Notes: generated by a model not told the origin, from the letters alone. Positions 50,913-61,149 are shown, counted from the first letter of the stretch. The stretch is DNA of 64,000 nucleotides from an uncultured Candidatus Rokubacteria bacterium (GCA_963789955.1 CAWBMV010000015.1:160001-224000); one strand, 5' to 3'. A program made the numbers and translations.

Positions 50913-51818
50913 ATGCAGAAGGTCCTCGTGGTGGACGACAGTCTGAGCGTCAGGAAAGTGGTCGAGAAGGCGCTCGAGGGCCGCGGGCTTCAAGTGCTCG
51001 CCGCCGCGTCCGGCGCCGAGGCGATCCAGATGATCGATCGCGACCGGCCCGACGTCGTGATCTGCGACGTCATCCTGCCCGACAAGGACGGCTATCAGGT
51101 CTGCCAGTACGTCCGTGCGCATCCCGCCATCGGCGCGACACCGGTTCTCCTGATCTCCGGGATCGACAACGGCACCGTCCAGGCGCGGGCCGCCGAGGTG
51201 CGATCCGACGAAGTGATGTTCAAGCCGTTCGGCGTCGAGGACCTGGTGCGGAAGATCGACACCTTGCTCGCCAAACGCTCCAACGGCGTCAAGCCATCCA
51301 CCGGGCCGCCGACCCCCGCGCCGGCGTCTTTGACCGTACCGGCCTTGACCCCCGCGCCGGCGCCGACGTCTGCGCCGGCATCCGCGCCGGTGCCGATCTC
51401 TGCGCCGGCCACCACACCGGCGCCCGCACCGGCGCCCGCGGCGTTTGCGCCCGCGGCGCACGATCAAAGTCTCAAGCAGAGGCTTCAAAGCCTCGCCGGC
51501 ACGCCCGGAGTCCGCTTCGTCGTGCTCACCGATCGCGAGGGGTTTCTCATCGAGACGGCCGGGGATCTGGCGCCGGAAGCCGACGAAGTGGCCGGCGCGC
51601 TCGCGTCGTGTCTCGCCGAGGCGTCCGACGGCATCGGCCGCGAGCTCGGCCAGGGCCAGCTGGTCGGAACGATCCTCGAATACGAGGCGGGCACCTTGCT
51701 GCTGCACGGCGTGGGGCCCTCGGCGTTGCTGGCCGTCCTGGTCCGCGATCAAGGCGCGCTCGGGAAGGTGCGCTACTACGTGAGAAAAATCGTGCCGGAG
51801 CTCGCGCGGGCTCTCTGA
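50913..51818 (+). CDS. RomR-like response regulator with Pro/Ala linker and C-terminal roadblock/LC7 domain
   Basis: VDDSLSVRKVV, VICDVILP, KPF; PAPA linker; VVLTDREGFLIE...IGRELGQGQL...ILEYE...ALGKVRY. Confidence 0.85.
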   Translation: MQKVLVVDDSLSVRKVVEKALEGRGLQVLAAASGAEAIQMIDRDRPDVVICDVILPDKDGYQVCQYVRAHPAIGATPVLLISGIDNGTVQARAAEVRSDEVMFKPFGVEDLVRKIDTLLAKRSNGVKPSTGPPTPAPASLTVPALTPAPAPTSAPASAPVPISAPATTPAPAPAPAAFAPAAHDQSLKQRLQSLAGTPGVRFVVLTDREGFLIETAGDLAPEADEVAGALASCLAEASDGIGRELGQGQLVGTILEYEAGTLLLHGVGPSALLAVLVRDQGALGKVRYYVRKIVPELARAL

Positions 51819-54092
51819 TGGCTCTGCCGCGCGCCTCGCGAGCGAGGTTGGTCTGGGCGCTCGAGCTGTCGCTCGGACTGGAGCTCTACGCCTGCGCGGT
51901 CCTCGCCCTGCACGCGCGTGGGCTCAGGGCGACTCCACTCGACGCCTCGCTCGCGCTCGTGCTGCCCGCGCTGGTGATCCCGCCGGTGTTCTACGTGCTC
52001 GTCGCGCTGGTCATCGTGCGTCCCCTCGCGCTCGTGCCGCTGATCGGCGCCGCGGCCGCGATGTGCGGGCTTCACGGATCGCTCGTCGCGGCGACCGGGC
52101 GCACTGTTCATGATCCCCGACCTCCTCGACTACGGCGCGGCCGTCGCCTTCGCGCTCTGGGGCTCGCCGGCCGTCACACTGCTCCAGCTGACGGCGACGC
52201 CGCTCGTGTTCGCCCGTCTCCGGCCGCTGGTGTCGGCGCCCCGTCCGCCGCGCGGCGACGCACGCGATGCACGGCCCGCAGTGACGCAGCGCCGGGTCGA
52301 GGCGCCAGCGATGACCGGCGCGCCACGGCCGCTGGCGCCCGCGGAGGCGGCGGCCGCCCCCGCGCTCCACCCGAATGCGCCGGCGCCGTCTCTCCGGCCG
52401 TCCACGGCACCGCCCGTTCCCGCGACCGCATTCGTCTCGCCGCTGCGAGCGGCCGCCGGCCACTCGACCACGTCGGCTCCGTCCGCCGCGCACACGGCCG
52501 CCTCGGCGCCGTCGACACCGACTGCCGTTACCCGGTCTGTGGTGTCGCCACTTCCTGCGGCCACCCGCCAGCCGGTCGCGAAGACACCGCCTGTTGTTGC
52601 GATGGCCGAGGCGAAAAGTGCGCCCGCGACGCCGGCCGAACCCACGCGAGGGGAGGCGCCATCGAAGCGGGCGCTCGACTGGGAAGAGCCGATGATCCGA
52701 GTTCCGTTCGTCCGGATCGCGGACCAGCTCCCGGTCGAGATGTTCGCGCGCGGTCCGGAGGGCCTGAAGGACACCCTGCGGCCGGGCGTGTCGCTGCTCG
52801 TGCCGAGAAAGCTGCTCCTGCCGCATCTGGGTGACGGTCTCGCGCCCGTGAAGTGGGACGTCGTCGCCGATCAGTTCCCGCTCGACGAGCTCGCCATGAC
52901 TCACGAGGAGATCGCGGAGCGCTTGCCGGACGGCTCGCTGCTCCTGCCGCTCGACGAAGTGATACCGCAGATCCCGCCCGAGCTGCTGACGCTCTCGACG
53001 CCGCCGGTCGACGTCCATCAGATCGAAGAATTTCCCGAGCCGTTCCAGCCGCACGCTCCTGCGCAACCCGATGCCGCCGGCGAAGAGACTCCCGCGGCCC
53101 ACGTCGCCCACGTCGAGTTCGCGGAGGAGCCGGAGGCTCCGGCCAATGCCGCCGAGCACGTCGATGAGGCGGAGACGGTCGACTCCGACGTCGTGGCCGC
53201 GGATCAGTCGGTCCAGCCCGAGCTGGAAGACTCGGAGCCAGAGCGTCCGACATACCAGGCGGCTGCGCTCGCACTGCCGGAGCCGGAGCGGCATCCCGAG
53301 CCCGTCAGGAGCGATCAGGCGCGACGCATCGCGGCGCTGCTGACGCCGCTGCTGAACGGGCTGGAGATCGGCCAGCGGGATGGCGCCGGCACGACGGTCG
53401 TGACGGTGATCGCGCCGACGCTCAGCGAAGACTCCGTCGTCCGGACGGCGATGCGGATCGTGCCGTTCCTCAGCGATGCGCGCTTGCCGGAGCCGGTGAC
53501 CCAGGCCACCTTGACCGCGGCCGGCACGACGATCGTGCTGACTCCGTTCGGGTCGCCCGACACCGGTGGCGCGCTCCTCGTGACGGCCGTGGCCTCGCGC
53601 GCGGGACTGGCCTGGCTGGAGCGCCTCTCGCGGACCGCGGCGCGCGAGGCGCAGATCGAGGCCGGCAACGGCAAGCACACGGGCCCCGAGAACGACTCCG
53701 GCGCTGGGCCGGAGCTGCGCGCGGCCATCGTGCCCCCCGGCGTGCGCGAGCTGGCCGACTCCTTGACGGCGTTCGGCACGGTGGCGCCGACCCTGCTGCG
53801 CGACCGGGCCGGGGCGCTCAGCGCGTGTCTGTTCCTTCCGACCTCACTCGATGCGGTCCCGCTGGCGAGGTTTGCGCGCGACCTGCACGCGGCCCTCGAG
53901 GGCACCGAGATCGGCCGGATCGCATCCGTCATCCTGAAGCTCGGTAGCCATCGGGTCGTGCTGCGCGCGATGGACGGCGTGTCCGGCACCGTGACGATGC
54001 TGGTCGGCGGCGGGCGAATCGATCGGCCGGGGCTGGCGCGGATCGAGCTCGACCGGGCCGCGACGCGGCTCGAGGCCCTGGTGGGAGGCTGA
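51818..54092 (+). CDS. Membrane-anchored hypothetical protein (about 4 TM, Pro/Ala linker, repeat domain, C-terminal roadblock-like region), frameshift near 52100
   Basis: ATG overlaps the upstream stop; hydrophobic N-terminus; C-term GTEIGRIASVILKLGSHRVVLR...RPGLARIELDRAA. Confidence 0.7.
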
Positions 54093-54095
54093 GCC

Positions 54096-54713
54096 ATGTC
54101 GGTGATCAACTACGCGAACCGGGTCATCGATTTCAAGATCGTCTACTACGGGCCCGGCATGGCCGGGAAGACGGCCAACCTGCAGTACATTCACCGCTGT
54201 CTGCCGAACGCCAATCGAGGGAACATGATCTCCCTCGCGACCGGCGACGACCGGACCATCTACTTCGACTTCCTGCCGGTGTCGGCGCTCACCGTGCGCG
54301 GATTCAAAACGCGCTTTCAGCTCTACACGGTGCCCGGTCAGGTCCAGTACAACGCGACGCGACGGCTGGTGCTGCGCGGCGCCGACGGCCTGGTGTTCGT
54401 GGCCGACTCCCAGTTCGAGCGTCTGCGCGAGAACGTGGAGAGCTTCCGGAATCTGGAGACGAATCTCCGCGAGTACGAGTCGACGCTCGACGAGATCCCG
54501 TACGTGCTCCAGTACAACAAGCGCGATCTGCCGAACCTGGCGCCGCTGACCTATCTCGAGTTCGTGCTCAATCGGCGGGCGTCGCGCGTGCCGTTCTTCG
54601 AGGCGTCGGCCATCGATGGCAAGGGGGTCTTCGACACACTCAACACCGTGTCGCGTATGGCGCTCGCGAGCGAGTTCGGCGTCGGACGGGAGAAGCGCAA
54701 TGAAGCCTCGTAA
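54096..54713 (+). CDS. mglA: MglA-family small Ras-like GTPase
   Basis: KIVYYGPGMAGKT, DRTIYFDFLP, LYTVPGQ, FVADSQ, NKRD, EASAIDGKGVF. Confidence 0.95.
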   Translation: MSVINYANRVIDFKIVYYGPGMAGKTANLQYIHRCLPNANRGNMISLATGDDRTIYFDFLPVSALTVRGFKTRFQLYTVPGQVQYNATRRLVLRGADGLVFVADSQFERLRENVESFRNLETNLREYESTLDEIPYVLQYNKRDLPNLAPLTYLEFVLNRRASRVPFFEASAIDGKGVFDTLNTVSRMALASEFGVGREKRNEAS

Positions 54714-55182
54714 TACGGTCATCCAGCAGCAGGACGCGGCGCGGATTCACGAGATCCTGTCGCGCTTCCTCGGCGACTCGAGCGCCGCCGAAGCCCTTCT
54801 GATCGACCGCGGCGGCCAGCTCCTGGCGATGGACGGTGACGCCCAGGCGCTCGACGCGGTGTCGATCTCGGCGCTGGCGGCCGCCGCCTTCAGCTCCACC
54901 GCCGCGATGGCCCAGCTGCTCGGCGAGCCCGAGTTCAGCGTGCTGTTCCACGAGGGCACCAAGCGCTCGATCCACGTCTCGACGGTGGACGACGAGGCCA
55001 TCCTGCTCGCGATCTTCGACGAGCGGACCACGGTGGGCATGGTGCGGCTGTTCGCCACCGAGGCGAGCCGCGCCGTCGGTGCGGTGCTGGGCGAGGCCCG
55101 CGCCCGCCCGAAGCCCCAGGCCGAATTCGCCGCTCCGCTGAACGACGCCGAGTCGCGCGCCGCGTGGACACCCCCGAGCTGA
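54700..55182 (+). CDS. mglB: MglB-family roadblock/LC7 protein (putative GAP)
   Basis: LLIDRGGQLL, ISALAAAAFSST..MAQLLGEPEFSVLFHEG, IFDERTTVGMVRL. Confidence 0.92.
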   Translation: MKPRNTVIQQQDAARIHEILSRFLGDSSAAEALLIDRGGQLLAMDGDAQALDAVSISALAAAAFSSTAAMAQLLGEPEFSVLFHEGTKRSIHVSTVDDEAILLAIFDERTTVGMVRLFATEASRAVGAVLGEARARPKPQAEFAAPLNDAESRAAWTPPS

Positions 55183-55183
55183 T

Positions 55184-55950
55184 ATGCGGCAGGTGCGAGT
55201 CGGCGGACGCTATGACGAAAGCCGCGAGCAGCGGCTGTGGGCGGCGCTCCTCGGGCTGATCGCGCTCGCGACCGTGGGCATCGCGGTCGTCATCTGCGAT
55301 GCCGGCAGCGGATTCTGCCATCCGACCCTGCTGCGGCTGGGCGCCGGGTTCATCGCCGTCGTGATCGCGGTCCGGCTGGGCCGGCCCGTGACGCGACGGC
55401 TGCGAAGCGTGCGTAACGGCCGTCGGGGCGAGCGCCTGGTCGCCGATCTCCTGCGCGGCCTACCGGACGACTACTGGCTCGTCAACGACGTGTCGCTGGG
55501 ATTGGCGCGCGGCACCATCGATCACGTGCTGATCGGGCCATGCGGCGTCGTCGTGATCGATACGAAAGATCTCGCGGGCCACATCCGATGCTGGGAGAAC
55601 AGCTGGTCCGTCAACGGATATCGCCAGGCCGACATCAGCCAGCGCGTCAACTCCTGGGCGTGCGCCGTCCGATACTTCCTGAGCGAAAAGCACCCGGACC
55701 TGGCCGACCTCGGCGCTCCGGTGGGTGGAGTCGGTGGTCGTGTTCACCCATCCGCTCTGCCACGTCGAAGCGAGTGACACGCGGGCCGACGGTCGTCCGC
55801 TACTCCCAGCTGTATCAAGCGGTGGTCGAGCTCTCGCGCAAGCATCACATGGCGTCGTCGACGGCGAGCCTGCTCGCACGGACCCTGGCGAAGTCGCAGG
55901 CGGACGACGGCGCCGTGGTCGAGGGCGATCCTCTCACATCCGTGTCTTGA
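55184..55950 (+). CDS. Membrane-anchored NERD-domain protein, frameshifts near 55710 and 55790
   Basis: Two TMs; [27 protein letters not shown]. Confidence 0.8.
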
Positions 55951-57164
55951 TCCGCTCGATCGCCTCTTCGGTCTGCGCGCGTGAGCCGAACGCGGTGAGC
56001 CGGAAATAGCCCTCGCCGCTCGGCCCGAAGCCGGCGCCCGGCGCGCCGACCACATTCGCTCGCTCGAGCACCCGATCGAAGAAATCCCAGGACGCGACCG
56101 AGCGCGGCGTGCGGAGCCAGATGTACGGCGCGTTGCGGCCGCCGTAGACGGTGAAGCCCGCGGCCGCGAGCCCGGCGCCGATGATCCGCGCGTTCTCCAT
56201 GTAGAAGTCGATCAGCGCCCGCACTTGCTTCTGCCCCTCGGGCGTGAAGACGGCCGCCGCGGCCTTCTGGATGATGTAGGGCGGCCCGTTGGATTTCATC
56301 GCCGTCCGGCGAGTCCAGAGCGCGTTGAGGGTCATCGTCTTGCCGTCGGCGGCCCGCCCCCGCAGCTCCTTCGGCACGATCGTGTAGGCCAGGCGCATCC
56401 CCGTGAAGCCGGCGTTCTTCGAGAAGCTGCGGCACTCGATCGCGACCTCGCGCGCGCCGTCGATCTCGTAGATCGAGTGCGGAACCTCCGGGTCGACGAT
56501 GTAACCCTCGTAGGCGGCGTCGTACAGGATGACGGCATCCTCCGCGCGCGCGTACTCGACCCAGCGGGCGAGCGCCTCGCGCGTCGCCACGGCACCGGTC
56601 GGGTTGTTCGGATAGCAGAGGTAGATCAGATCCACGTGCCGGTCGGGCAGCGCCGGCTGGAAGCTGTTCTCGGCGGTGCAGGGCAGGTAGACGATGCCCG
56701 CGTAGCGGCCCGCTCTCGTCGGCGCGCCCGCTGCGCCCGGCGACGACGTTGCTGTCGGCATAGACGGGGTAGACCGGATCCATGAGCGCGACGACGCAGT
56801 CCTGCGCGAAGATCTCCTGGAGGTTCGCGCTGTCGCTCTTGCCGCCGTCGCTCACGAAGACCTCGTCGACGGCGATCTTCACGCCGCGCGAGCCGAAGTC
56901 GTGGGCCGCGATGTCGGCGCGCAGGAACTCGTAGCCGACGTACGGGCCGTAGCCCTTGAAGGTCTCGCGCCGCGCCATGTCGTCCGCGGCCTCGTGGATC
57001 GCGCGAACGACGGCCGGCGGCAGGGGCTGGGTCACGTCGCCGACGCCCAGGTCGACCAGGCGAACGTCGGGGTGCGCGTCGGTGAACACCTTCGTCCGGC
57101 GCCGGATCTCGGCGAAGAGATAGCTCTGATTGAGGTTCAGGTAGAACTCGTTGAATCGCGGCAC
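55934..57164 (-). CDS. dapL: LL-diaminopimelate aminotransferase, frameshift near 56715
   Basis: [71 protein letters not shown]. Confidence 0.93.
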
Positions 57165-57215
57165 GGCGTTCTCCCGTGCGGATTCTAACAGAGGTGCCGG
57201 GCCGGACTCGTCGCC
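57160..57215. repeat. Direct repeat copy 1 (dapL promoter and start)
   Basis: Similar to 58495-58550; minus strand has extended -10 TGTTAGAAT and the GTG start. Confidence 0.75.
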
Positions 57216-57228
57216 GACGTCCGAACGC

Positions 57229-58478
57229 CTACCAGCGCCCGAACGTGTTCACGAGCCCGAGCCACAATGCGCCGAGCTCGGCCCCCATCGGTTCATTGCC
57301 GATCGAGGCGGTCTTGGCCACGGCGGTATGTACGAGAACCAACTTTAGTTCAGGATCAACGTAGATCGACTGGCCATACACCCCGCGCATCAGGAAGCGC
57401 CTTTTCTCGCCCCGCAGTATCCAGAACTGATATCCGTACCCGTTGGCCGGGGGCGACATCGTGGGCGCAAACGCCGTCGGATGCTTGTGCCAATCCGTAG
57501 CTTCGAGGAGATAGTCTCTGGGAATGATCTGCTTGCCGTTCAGCGCGCCGTCATTCGCCAGCAGCATCCCCAGTCGGCCCCAGTCCCGCAGCGTCGCACT
57601 GAAGAATCCAGCGCCCCGCTCGAGACCGTCGGCGGCGGTGATCCATGTCGCGTCAGCCTCGGCGCCCATGGGTTGCCACAACCTTTTCGCGAGATATTCG
57701 GAAGCCGTCTTGCCGGTGGCCGCACGCAGCACAACGGTCAAGACCTGCGTCTCGATCGACGCGTAGTGAAAGCGCTCGCCTTCGGGCGCTTGCGCGTGTA
57801 TTGAAGGCCAGGACCGCGGCGATGCTGCCCTTGGTGCCGTGCAGCAGCGCGAACTTTGCGGCATCGTCACTCCGACCAAGGTTGTCTTCGGTGAATCGCG
57901 CACCGGAGGCCATGCGTAGCAGATTCCGAATTGCCGTGTGGCCGTAGATATTCCCCCGGAGTTCGGGCACATATTCGACGACCTTGTCGTCCAGCGAGCG
58001 GAGACGATGTTTCCGACAACGCCAACCCGATTCCAATGCTGATCAGCGACTTGGCCATCGAATTGGATAACAGTCGGTCCGGGGGTTTCCGATCGTACTG
58101 ATAGCGCTCGACGAGAATCTGACCGTCTTTGATCACGAGCAGCCCGGTGGCCCGTTGGTGCGCGAGGTAGTCATCGATCGTATGGGTACGTCCGCCAAAG
58201 CGGTACTGCAGCGCCGGTTCGGCTGCCGCGCTGTTCAGCGGCAATGGATTCTCGGCCTTGCGCAAGATGTGATGTTGATTCGGAAACAGCTTGTCCAGAT
58301 TCGTGTACGAGCCGACCCGGACAGAATCATCGAGATACCAGTTCGCGCGCGTCCCCATGGGATAGCCTTTGGACTTGCCCAGAAGCTCCTCATCGGGCGC
58401 CGCGGTGGCGACGCGGAAACAGCACAGACCGGTCGCGACGACTGCGACGAGCATGGTGAGAGAGTGTGCCACGGTCAT
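57229..58478 (-). CDS. Serine hydrolase, beta-lactamase class C/NylB-like, frameshifts near 58005 and 57800
   Basis: SxxK (SNSMAKS), LLRMASG, FHYASIET, GYGYQFW, GVYGQ; signal peptide. Start may be GTG 58499. Confidence 0.87.
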
Positions 58479-58494
58479 CGGACGGCGAACTTGG

Positions 58495-58550
58495 GGCACG
58501 ACGCTGTCCCCCGTGGATTCTAGCAGAGTGCCCGGACGGGACTCGTCGCC
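58495..58550. repeat. Direct repeat copy 2 (hydrolase promoter and possible start)
   Basis: ggcacgacgctgtcccccgtggattctagcagagtgcccggacgggactcgtcgcc versus copy 1. Confidence 0.75.
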
Positions 58551-58622
58551 TTGCGCGGCCACGCTCGATCGTATAAGTTGGCGGCGCGATCGAAGCGCGA
58601 ATCGCCCGAACGGAGGCGCTCG

Positions 58623-60185
58623 ATGAGGACTGGTGCGGTGTTGCGTCGGATCGTGGTCGCGATCATCGGTCTCCTCGGCCCGGCGCTCGCGGCTTCGGCG
58701 CAGCCCGCCGGAACGCTCGTCGTCGGTCTCGTGGCCGAGCCGGTGAATCTCGACCCGGCCCAGGTGACCGACCTCAACTCCAACCGGGTCGGCCGCCGCA
58801 TCGTCGAGACGCTCGTGACGTTCCCCGAGGAGAGCACGCAGGTCGTGCCGGGCCTGGCCGAGTCGTGGACCATCTCGAAGGACGGCCTGCGCTACACCTT
58901 CAAGCTTCGCAAGGGCGTCACCTTTCACGACGGCACGCCCTTCAACGCCGAGGCCGTGAAGTTCTCCATCGATCGGCAGTTCGATCCCGAGCACCCGGCC
59001 AACAAGCTCGGCAAGTATCCATTCGCCAACTATTTCTTCGGCAACGTGAAGGCGGTCGAGGTCGTCGACCCGTCGACGGTCGAGTTCGTACTGAAGGAGC
59101 CGCGCGCGTCGTTCCTGACGATCATGACGCAAGCGGCGACGTCGATCGTCAGCCCGACGGCCGTGAAGAAGTCCGGCGCCGACTACGCGCTGCAGCCCGT
59201 CGGCACGGGGCCGTTCAAGTACGTGTCGTGGGATCGCGGTCAGCGCGTGGTGCTGGAGAAGAACCCGAGCTACTGGCGCTATCCGGTGAAGGTCGACCGC
59301 GTCGTCTACCGGCCGATCGTCGAGGGCCAGGCGCGGCTGACCGAGCTCCTGACCGGCTCGCTCGATCTCATCGTCGACGTGCCGCCCGATTTCGTCGGGC
59401 AGCTCGAGCAGAGCCCGAAGACGACCTTGCTCAAGCAGGTCGGCGCCCACGTCTGGTATCTGGGCATCAACAACCAGAAGAAGCCGTTCGACGACAAGCG
59501 TGTGCGCCAGGCGCTGAACTACGCGGTCAACAAGGAAGCGATCGTGCGCGACGTCCTCAAGGGCACGGGCTCGCTCTCGCGGGGTCCGGTGCTGCCGGCC
59601 ACGTGGGGCGCCGATGCCGGGCTCAAGCCCTATCCCTACGATCCGGAGCGCGCGAAGAAGCTCCTGGCCGAAGCCGGCTACCCGAGTGGCTTCTCGACCA
59701 CGCTCTGGGTGCCGGAATCGGGCTCGGGGATGCAGTCGCCGGTTCCGATGTCGACCGTGATCCAGTCGAACCTCAAAGCTGTCGGCGTGACGGTCGCGCT
59801 GCAGACGATGGAGTGGGGCGCGTATCTCGCGAAGCTCCGGACGAAGGAGCAGGAGCTCTTCGCGCTCTCGTGGATGGCGGGCAACGAGGATCCCGACATG
59901 GTGATGTACCCGCTGCTCCACTCGAGCCAGTGGACGCCGGCCGGCCCGAATCGCGCGCTCTACAAGAACGAGCGCTTCGACGAGCTCCTGCACCAGGCGC
60001 GGCTGACGACCGACCAGGGCAAGCGCGCCGCGCTCTATCGCGAAGCCCAGCGCATTCTCGTCGACGATCCGCCGTGGATCTTCATCGACCACGAGATCCA
60101 GACCGCCGCCCATACCAAACGGGTCCAGGGGTTCAAGCTCCACCCGAGCTTCGACCTCCGCGTCGAGACGATCTCGCTGAAGTGA
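58623..60185 (+). CDS. Peptide ABC transporter substrate-binding protein (family 5, DppA-like)
   Basis: PGLAESW..S.DG..YTFKLRKGVTFHDGTPFNAEAVKFS, PVGTGPF, VRQALNYAVNK. Confidence 0.94.
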   Translation: MRTGAVLRRIVVAIIGLLGPALAASAQPAGTLVVGLVAEPVNLDPAQVTDLNSNRVGRRIVETLVTFPEESTQVVPGLAESWTISKDGLRYTFKLRKGVTFHDGTPFNAEAVKFSIDRQFDPEHPANKLGKYPFANYFFGNVKAVEVVDPSTVEFVLKEPRASFLTIMTQAATSIVSPTAVKKSGADYALQPVGTGPFKYVSWDRGQRVVLEKNPSYWRYPVKVDRVVYRPIVEGQARLTELLTGSLDLIVDVPPDFVGQLEQSPKTTLLKQVGAHVWYLGINNQKKPFDDKRVRQALNYAVNKEAIVRDVLKGTGSLSRGPVLPATWGADAGLKPYPYDPERAKKLLAEAGYPSGFSTTLWVPESGSGMQSPVPMSTVIQSNLKAVGVTVALQTMEWGAYLAKLRTKEQELFALSWMAGNEDPDMVMYPLLHSSQWTPAGPNRALYKNERFDELLHQARLTTDQGKRAALYREAQRILVDDPPWIFIDHEIQTAAHTKRVQGFKLHPSFDLRVETISLK

Positions 60186-60198
60186 GGTTCTCCAGGCG

Positions 60199-61149
60199 GT
60201 GAGGCGATACGTCGTCCGCCGTCTGCTGCTGCTCGTGCCGGTCCTGCTGGGCGTCTCGATCATCATCTTCATGGTCTTGCACCTGGCGCCGGGCGACCCG
60301 GCCGAGATCATGCTCGGCTCCCAGGCGACCCAGGCCGACCTCGAGCGCCTGCGCGCCGAGCTCGGCCTGACCCAGCCGCTCTACGTGCAGTACGTCCACT
60401 GGCTCGGTCTCGTGGCGCGCGGTGATCTGGGACGGTCGATCTGGATGAAACGGCCGGTACTGGCCGAAGTGCTCGTGCGCTTCAAGGCGACGCTCGTGCT
60501 CACCGGTGCCGCCCTCGTGCTCTCGACCGCGGGAGGCCTGGCGCTCGGCATCACCTCCGCGATCCGGCCGAACTCGCTGCTCGACCGGCTGAGCGCGGTG
60601 GCCTCGCTCTTCGGCGCCAGCATGCCGGTCTTCTGGCTCGGCATCGTGCTGATGGTGATCTTCGCGCTCTGGCTCGGCTGGCTGCCCGCCTCGGGCATGT
60701 TCGCGCCGTACGGCGGAGGGGATCTCCGAGACTTGCTCGTTCACCTGGCGCTGCCCGCGGTCACCCTGGCGGCGGCGTCGGTCACGATCATCGCGCGTCT
60801 CACGCGCAGCACCATGCTCGAGACCCTGGGGCAGGACTACATCCGGACGGCGCGTGCGAAGGGAGTCGTGGAGCGCGCGGTGGTGTTGCGCCACGGGCTC
60901 AAGAACGCGTTGATTCCGATCGTCACCGTCGTGGGCGTGCAGGCCGGCTATCTGCTGGGCGGTGCCGTCCTCACCGAGACGGTGTTTGCCTGGCCCGGCG
61001 TCGGCACGTTGATGATCCAGGGGATTCTCGCGCGCGATTTTCCGCTGGTGCAGGGATGCGTGCTGGTGGTCGCGCTGAGCTTCGTCGTCATCAATCTGGC
61101 CGTCGATCTCTTGTACGCGTGGCTCGATCCACGCATCCGCTACGAGTGA
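60199..61149 (+). CDS. Peptide ABC transporter permease (DppB-like)
   Basis: PGDPA, GDLGRS, DYIRTARAKG, ETVFAWPGVG, DPRI. Confidence 0.94.
   Translation: MRRYVVRRLLLLVPVLLGVSIIIFMVLHLAPGDPAEIMLGSQATQADLERLRAELGLTQPLYVQYVHWLGLVARGDLGRSIWMKRPVLAEVLVRFKATLVLTGAALVLSTAGGLALGITSAIRPNSLLDRLSAVASLFGASMPVFWLGIVLMVIFALWLGWLPASGMFAPYGGGDLRDLLVHLALPAVTLAAASVTIIARLTRSTMLETLGQDYIRTARAKGVVERAVVLRHGLKNALIPIVTVVGVQAGYLLGGAVLTETVFAWPGVGTLMIQGILARDFPLVQGCVLVVALSFVVINLAVDLLYAWLDPRIRYE

Noticed and set aside
57229..58478. Bona fide beta-lactam resistance gene
   Set aside because: SxxK is present, but the other motifs (YAS, GVYGQ) fit the esterase/NylB-like branch; activity cannot be inferred.
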